IMG/VR virus record: IMGVR_UViG_2698536397_000026
From: a virus
Taxonomy: Duplodnaviria > Heunggongvirae > Uroviricota > Caudoviricetes
Reading direction: 5' to 3' (one strand)
DNA length: 39,458 nt
Shown: piece after piece, positions 34,824 through 39,458 of the stretch
Numbering within the stretch: position 1 is the stretch's first letter
How the letters are laid out: the number at the start of each line of letters is the position of its first letter
Program-made: the position numbers and the translations under genes
The notes under the pieces: generated by a model
Database searches by the model: none
What the model saw: the letters and a program-made list of their open reading frames with translations, nothing else
What the model was told of the DNA's origin: nothing

Positions 34824-36881
34824 ATGAATATTATGACGTCCAAATGGGTTCAACTATCATCAATGCCCGGAAACTTTACCGTTAAAGTTTCCGGTGGTAC
34901 AGCGGCATTTCTTGAGGCTCCCTTTCCTCCTGCTGAAACGAAAGGAGGAATGACATTTGCTGACTGTCTCATCAGTTTTAATACACAGGATTGCCTGTGG
35001 GTAAGGCCAGTATCCGGTGATCCGAACGTGGAAATTACCGGAGCGGGTATTGGTGCTGTCATTCCGTTAAGTGCTGATGTTGCCGGTACTACTGAACCGT
35101 CAGACTGGGATAATGCAGAAACACATACCCGTCCGGCAGGAAATGAAACTGCTTCCAGCTCCCCTTCCTGGTATTACGTGATTGTTATAGCCGGCCAGTC
35201 CAATGCTTCATCTTATGGTGAAGGGTTGCCCCTTCCGGATTCTTATGATCGTCCTGATCCACGTATTATGCAGCTGGCACGCAGGAATACACAAACCCCC
35301 GGAGGTATTCCCTGCAAATACAATGAAATCATTCCAGCAGATCACTGCCTTCATGATGTTCAGAATATGAGTCTGCTGAACCATCCAAAAGCAGACCTGA
35401 AAAAAGGGCAGTATGGTTGTGTGGGGCAGGGACTTCATATTGCGAAAAAAGTATTACCGGTGATTCCTGCTGATGCCGGGATTTTACTGGTTCCCTGTGC
35501 CCGTGGCGGCTCTGCTTTTACAACCGGCGCAGTTGGCTCATTCGATCCGGCAAGTGGTGCAGCCGAGGCGTCACTACGCTGGGGAGTGGATACCCCACTG
35601 TATCAGGATCTTGTCAGTCGAACTAAAGCGGCACTTGAGGCGAATCCAAAGAATGTGCTGTTATCTGTCGTATGGATTCAGGGGGAAGGAGACCTTAAAG
35701 CGACCCCGGCCCAGCATGGTGCCCAGTTTACTGCGATGGTGAAAAAATTCCGTGCGGATCTTGGTGCTTTCTCCGGTCAGTGTATTGGTGGTTCATCAGA
35801 CAGTGTGCCGTGGTTATGTGGTGACACAACCTATGACTGGAAAGAGAAGAACCCGGCGGCATATGAAACCATTTATAGCGGATATAAAAACCGGGCTTCC
35901 GAGAACATTCACTTTGTTCCACTGATGCACGATGAGTTCGGTAATAAAACCGCGACCAACCTGCCGGAGCACGACCCGGATATCGCTTCTGCCGGGTATT
36001 ATGGTGCGGAATCACGGGGAGATGGCAACTGGACAACAGCATCCAGGGCAACCCATTTTAGCTCCTGGGCGCGCCGTTTTCTGGTCTCAGATCGTTTTGC
36101 ATCAGCAATTCTTAAATATGCAGGTCTGACCTCTGCATTTATTGCCGGTGTGGCCCCTGATGGTGAAGCCCTGCCTCAGCCCGCGCCGGGTGGGAAACCG
36201 GAAGCGCCGACAGGTAGTCAGCCAGGAGGCAGTGAGTCCCCCCATCCGACATCCCCGTCACTCCGTACGCTGCTTTCACTTAAAGCATCAGCAGGAGAAG
36301 CCCCGGCTCAGGGCTGGAAAATTACAGATGGTACAATCCAGCTGACGGACGAAGGTAAAGCGTTGACCGTATCCAAACAAAGCGGAAAAACCTGGACGCT
36401 TACCCATGGAACTGATGCAGCCGGTGAACTTCTGAAGCATGGTGGTCAGTTGACCTGTAAATTCCGTCTGTCAGGTGAAGTAAAAGAAGGCCAGTTTGCT
36501 CTGGGTATTTACCTCCACACCGATACGGTCCCGGAAGGTGTAACCATGAGTGGTACAGGCACACCGTTCCTGATGGCGTATTATCTCCAGACAACAGGCG
36601 GCCAGTTAAATCTGATGCACCATAAAACAGGGGGGAATACGAAACTGGGATCATTTGGAGCCTACAATAACCAGTGGCATACACTTGTCCTGAAGTTTAC
36701 GGCGGGAAGTGCCCAGGTAACGCCTGTGCTGGATGGCACTCCGGGCCAGGCATTCCAGATGGTGAAAGATGCACTTTCCCCTGCCAAAGATACGCTGACA
36801 CTGACAGATGTCACCAAAGGGGCAACTTATGGCGTGTCTTTTGAGAGCGTTGTCCTTGAGGTTAATACCCCTGCGGCATAA
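34824..36881 (+). CDS. SASA/SGNH-family carbohydrate esterase (sialate O-acetylesterase-like) with Pro-rich linker and C-terminal beta-sandwich/lectin-like domain; cargo gene
   Basis: 685 aa; block I IAGQSNASSYGEG, block WIQGEGD, no N-terminal signal peptide; Pro-rich linker PQPAPGGKPEAPTGSQPGGSESPHPTSPS; not part of the Mu gene set. Confidence 0.65.
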   Translation: MNIMTSKWVQLSSMPGNFTVKVSGGTAAFLEAPFPPAETKGGMTFADCLISFNTQDCLWVRPVSGDPNVEITGAGIGAVIPLSADVAGTTEPSDWDNAETHTRPAGNETASSSPSWYYVIVIAGQSNASSYGEGLPLPDSYDRPDPRIMQLARRNTQTPGGIPCKYNEIIPADHCLHDVQNMSLLNHPKADLKKGQYGCVGQGLHIAKKVLPVIPADAGILLVPCARGGSAFTTGAVGSFDPASGAAEASLRWGVDTPLYQDLVSRTKAALEANPKNVLLSVVWIQGEGDLKATPAQHGAQFTAMVKKFRADLGAFSGQCIGGSSDSVPWLCGDTTYDWKEKNPAAYETIYSGYKNRASENIHFVPLMHDEFGNKTATNLPEHDPDIASAGYYGAESRGDGNWTTASRATHFSSWARRFLVSDRFASAILKYAGLTSAFIAGVAPDGEALPQPAPGGKPEAPTGSQPGGSESPHPTSPSLRTLLSLKASAGEAPAQGWKITDGTIQLTDEGKALTVSKQSGKTWTLTHGTDAAGELLKHGGQLTCKFRLSGEVKEGQFALGIYLHTDTVPEGVTMSGTGTPFLMAYYLQTTGGQLNLMHHKTGGNTKLGSFGAYNNQWHTLVLKFTAGSAQVTPVLDGTPGQAFQMVKDALSPAKDTLTLTDVTKGATYGVSFESVVLEVNTPAA

Positions 36882-36938
36882 TCGTGACGGCCGGGAATTT
36901 ATCCGGCTGTAACATCAGTTAATAAGAGTGAGGCTTAT

Positions 36939-37118
36939 ATGACATATATAAACGTCTGCCTGCTGTATTTCTGCACGGTGGTTTGTTGTCTGTTGCTTGT
37001 CAGCGGTGGTTATAAAATTATTCGCAATTATTTTCGAAATAAAATTGATGCAGCTGCCGAGGAAAAGATAAAAAGCGGTGCTGTAATGCCGCAGCCGAAA
37101 GACTCCGGTCAGATTTAA
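36939..37118 (+). CDS. small membrane peptide (59 aa)
   Basis: RBS GAGTGAGG; hydrophobic N-terminus VCLLYFCTVVCCLLLVSGG; below 60-aa track cut-off. Confidence 0.4.
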   Translation: MTYINVCLLYFCTVVCCLLLVSGGYKIIRNYFRNKIDAAAEEKIKSGAVMPQPKDSGQI

Positions 37119-37153
37119 TTTTTTGTGAACCAGAAAAGGAAAGGAGAATATTC

Positions 37154-37399
37154 ATGCCAGAGATTAAAGGCACGGTTACTGAAGAGCTTGTCAAACAGGC
37201 ACTTTATTCTGAAGAAGTGAACCGCGTGCTGAAGGCGCAGGTTCGCAAGGATTTTGAGGCACAAATCGACGCATATGTTGATGAAGTGCTGGCCCGAATG
37301 GTTGGTCGTTCTCCGGCTGAAAACAGCACGGAAAATGAGCCTCAACCCGTAGAGCAACCAGAGCCGGTTCAACCCGGAACTGACGGTACTATGATGTAA
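37154..37399 (+). CDS. hypothetical acidic protein (81 aa)
   Basis: RBS AAGGAAAGGAG before ATG; followed by hairpin. Confidence 0.45.
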   Translation: MPEIKGTVTEELVKQALYSEEVNRVLKAQVRKDFEAQIDAYVDEVLARMVGRSPAENSTENEPQPVEQPEPVQPGTDGTMM

Positions 37400-37408
37400 C
37401 AATACCGA

Positions 37409-37428
37409 CCGGCAGGTTTCCCTGCCGG
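37409..37428. terminator. hairpin (CCGGCAGG-TTTC-CCTGCCGG) between convergent small genes
   Basis: Perfect 8-bp stem; short T-containing tail on + strand. Confidence 0.4.
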
Positions 37429-37437
37429 GTGAATTTG

Positions 37438-37608
37438 TTAATGCACGTTTTGTGTATTTTCCCTCCGGGGAGAACAGGCCGGACATATCAGCATCCTGAA
37501 ACAGGAAGCATTTTTTGGTTTGTATGTCTTGCCATTTTGAGATCGAGAACGGCGATAGATGAGCTGTAAGGGAGTCTTACAGGCAGGGCAAACAGGCTCT
37601 TTATCCAT
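37438..37608 (-). CDS. candidate small zinc-ribbon protein (56 aa)
   Basis: Minus-strand ORF with perfect AAGGAG 9 nt upstream of ATG; two CPAC motifs about 30 aa apart; basic. Confidence 0.35.
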   Translation of the reverse strand: MDKEPVCPACKTPLQLIYRRSRSQNGKTYKPKNASCFRMLICPACSPRRENTQNVH

Positions 37609-37716
37609 GATAAAGATCTCCTTTTTATGCATCTCTGCTTTACAGGAGACCGGGGAATATCATAGGATACGCCACGAGCTCGAAGTAAAGCATTGATGCA
37701 AGTTTTTACAGATTGA

Positions 37717-37752
37717 CCCAGCATAGTTCCAGCTATGCTGGGTTTCCCTTTT
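37717..37752 (+). terminator. strong rho-independent terminator upstream of com-mom control region
   Basis: Perfect 10-bp stem CCCAGCATAG / CTATGCTGGG, 6-nt loop, followed by TTTCCCTTTT. Confidence 0.6.
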
Positions 37753-37794
37753 ATGTAGTATCCTGTTGATTTGAAACATACTACATATACGCGC

Positions 37795-37844
37795 GATCCT
37801 ACCTTCACTGTATAAAAAGTCAATAAAATGATCATTTTATGATC
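37795..37844. promoter_or_regulatory. cluster of three GATC (Dam) sites upstream of com; candidate methylation-sensitive mom control region
   Basis: GATC at 37795, 37830, 37841 within 50 bp in an AT-rich region; Mu mom is known to be controlled by Dam methylation of three upstream GATC sites. Confidence 0.4.
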
Positions 37845-38014
37845 GTTTTCACCACCTAACTCTTCGTTTCTTTAAGTAAATAATCACCGCCCTGAATCAT
37901 TGTTGATGACTTTTAAATCTATTTGTTGTATCAATTAAACAAATCGAATCGATCGTTTTTGTCGATCGATTGCATGAGAAAGGCATCAACAACAAAGCAG
38001 GAGGTTATGCGGCC

Positions 38015-38215
38015 ATGTATCGAAACATACGGTGCCGACACTGCAATAAGCTACTGGCACGGGCCAGTTTCAGTTATCTGGAAGTAAAATGTCCGCGCTG
38101 TAAAACCCTCAATCAAATCACATCTCCGAGCGCCACAGAGCACCCCACATACACAAGGAAATCCTGTCGTGGGGAACAGAAAGCAAGTCACATCCCGTAT
38201 CATCAGCACGCCTGA
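38015..38215 (+). CDS. com: Com-like zinc-finger translational activator of mom
   Basis: [30 protein letters not shown] closely parallels Mu Com zinc finger as I recall it; RBS AGGAGG; overlaps downstream mom-like ORF. Confidence 0.8.
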   Translation: MYRNIRCRHCNKLLARASFSYLEVKCPRCKTLNQITSPSATEHPTYTRKSCRGEQKASHIPYHQHA

Positions 38216-38906
38216 ACTTATTCGCTATAACGACAATATCGTTGGTTATGGCTCCCGTGAGTTGCGGGTTGAGACAATAAGTTGCTGGCTGGCCAGACTG
38301 GTTATCGTCAATAAACATTACAGCCACCGTTTCGTAAATAATTCCTACCTTCATCTGGGTATATTTTCAGAACGGGAACTTGTTGGCGTAATGCAATGGG
38401 GTTACGCCCTTAACCCAAACAGTGGTGCACGCGTCGTAACGGGTACGCAGAACCGAGAATATATGGAGCTTAACCGGCTATGGATGCATGACTGTATGCC
38501 GAGAAACTCCGAATCAAGGGCAATCAGTTACGCGCTCAAGCTAATCAGGCAGCTTTATCCGCAGGTACAGTGGGTTCAGTCGTTTGCAGATGAGCGTTGT
38601 GGCTGTCTTGGTGTCGTGTATCAGGCAAGCAATTTTGATTATGTAGGCAGCCATGAATCAACATTCTATGAACTTGATGGCGAGTGGTATCACGAGATTT
38701 GCAGGAGTGCCATTAAACGAGGCGGACAACGAGGTGAACATCTGAGGGCTAATATCGACAGAGCCAGTGTGCATAAGTTCCGACAGTTTCGTTACATCCG
38801 GTTTCTGAACAAGAGGGCCAGAAAACGCCTCAACACAAAGCTATTCAAAGTCCAGCCTTACCCAAAACCACAAACAGTTAAAACTGGTTTGAAAGAGAGT
38901 GAATGA
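38169..38906 (+). CDS. mom: Mom-like DNA modification protein; start codon uncertain
   Basis: 245-aa ORF overlapping com 3' end, last gene before right end, exactly as Mu mom; track start is GTG. Confidence 0.65.
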   Translation: MGNRKQVTSRIISTPELIRYNDNIVGYGSRELRVETISCWLARLVIVNKHYSHRFVNNSYLHLGIFSERELVGVMQWGYALNPNSGARVVTGTQNREYMELNRLWMHDCMPRNSESRAISYALKLIRQLYPQVQWVQSFADERCGCLGVVYQASNFDYVGSHESTFYELDGEWYHEICRSAIKRGGQRGEHLRANIDRASVHKFRQFRYIRFLNKRARKRLNTKLFKVQPYPKPQTVKTGLKESE

Positions 38907-38951
38907 GCGCTTAAAAACTCATTCTAAAACTCAAAAGAAAAGCGCCGATTT

Positions 38952-39036
38952 AGTATCAAATAAGTTGCGTATCGGCGTTTTTCAGCGGTATCAAATGAAA
39001 TGCAAATCGGTATCAAAAAAATCGCCGCGCTATACA
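38952..39036. repeat. attR: right end with three inverted transposase-binding repeats (rTTTGATACY at 38952, 38988, 39009), terminus ...GCGCTATACA
   Basis: GGTATCAAA / AGTATCAAA are reverse complements of left-end repeats; terminal CGCCGCGCTATACA resembles the Mu right end in my recollection. Confidence 0.5.
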
Positions 39037-39350
39037 ACCCGAGCTGGAAGCATCATCCAGAGCCCTCATGAAACGACTGTAACAGCTGTTGAAAAACCGG
39101 AATGCACTCTTCATTGCAAACATTTCAGGGATGAAGTGAAGATGAATTGAGACGTAGTATCCACATCAAGCCGGCGTTATCCGGTGAGGCGCAATGTTGC
39201 GGGGGCTTTATCCCTGGTGGCATTGGTTGCTGGAAAGAGAAAACCCCCGCACGTTGAGAGGTTTAACCTGACAACAGAACGGGGGCTAATCTTGAACCAG
39301 AACAATTCAAGAATAGCCGCAAAATGTTGTCATTACAACAAGGCGGCTAT

Positions 39351-39458
39351 ATGACGCTCGCGCAGTTTGCCATGATTTTCTGGCACGACCTGGCAGCACC
39401 GATCCTGGCGGGAATTATTACCGCAGCGATTGTCGGCTGGTGGCGTAACCGGAAGTAA
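39351..39458 (+). CDS. ldr: Ldr-family type I toxin peptide (35 aa), flanking host copy 2
   Basis: MTLAQFAMIFWHDLAAPILAGIITAAIVGWWRNRK; differs from copy 1 at 2 of 108 nt (K5Q plus one silent change). Confidence 0.6.
   Translation: MTLAQFAMIFWHDLAAPILAGIITAAIVGWWRNRK

Larger units (their letters stand above)
224..39036. mobile_element. Mu-like transposable prophage (transposable phage, Mu family); termini approximate
   Basis: Mu gene order c-ner-A-B...gam...gemA-Mor/C-lys...structural...S-gin-com-mom; candidate termini 5'-TGTA...TACA-3'; transposase-binding repeats at both ends. Confidence 0.8.

Noticed and set aside
37488-37835. 115-aa minus-strand ORF in the region upstream of com
   Set aside because: Spans the strong terminator hairpin and AT-rich regulatory DNA; likely non-coding.
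1-39458. 108-bp near-identical sequences at both window ends as a phage att site or target-site duplication
   Set aside because: Mu-type transposition makes 5-bp duplications, and the two copies differ at 2 positions and encode a complete 35-aa ORF; better explained as two paralogous host ldr repeat units flanking the insertion.

Overview
Almost the whole window is one Mu-like transposable prophage, about 38.8 kb (approx. 224..39036), read left to right in the canonical Mu order. It runs: leftward repressor, ner, transposase A, ATPase B, about 14 small overlapping early genes (including gam and gemA), a terminator, one Mor/C-family activator, a lysis cassette (SAR-type endolysin plus nested spanins), terminase, portal, head, sheath/tube/tape-measure, baseplate, a tail fibre with a Gin-invertible C-terminal segment, gin, and com-mom at the right end. 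Both ends of the window are near-identical 108-bp copies of a 35-aa Ldr-type toxin ORF, so the prophage appears to sit inside an E. coli-type LDR (ldr/rdl) repeat array. The part least explained by the Mu blueprint is a 2.6-kb cargo module between gin and com-mom (34824..37608): a 685-aa SASA/SGNH-type carbohydrate esterase with a lectin-like C-terminal domain, small ORFs, and two terminators. The block of unannotatable early genes (4594..9750) is the second place to look for new biology. All calls are from reading the sequence and ORF track; no database search was run, and family assignments rest on motifs, size and synteny recalled from phage Mu.
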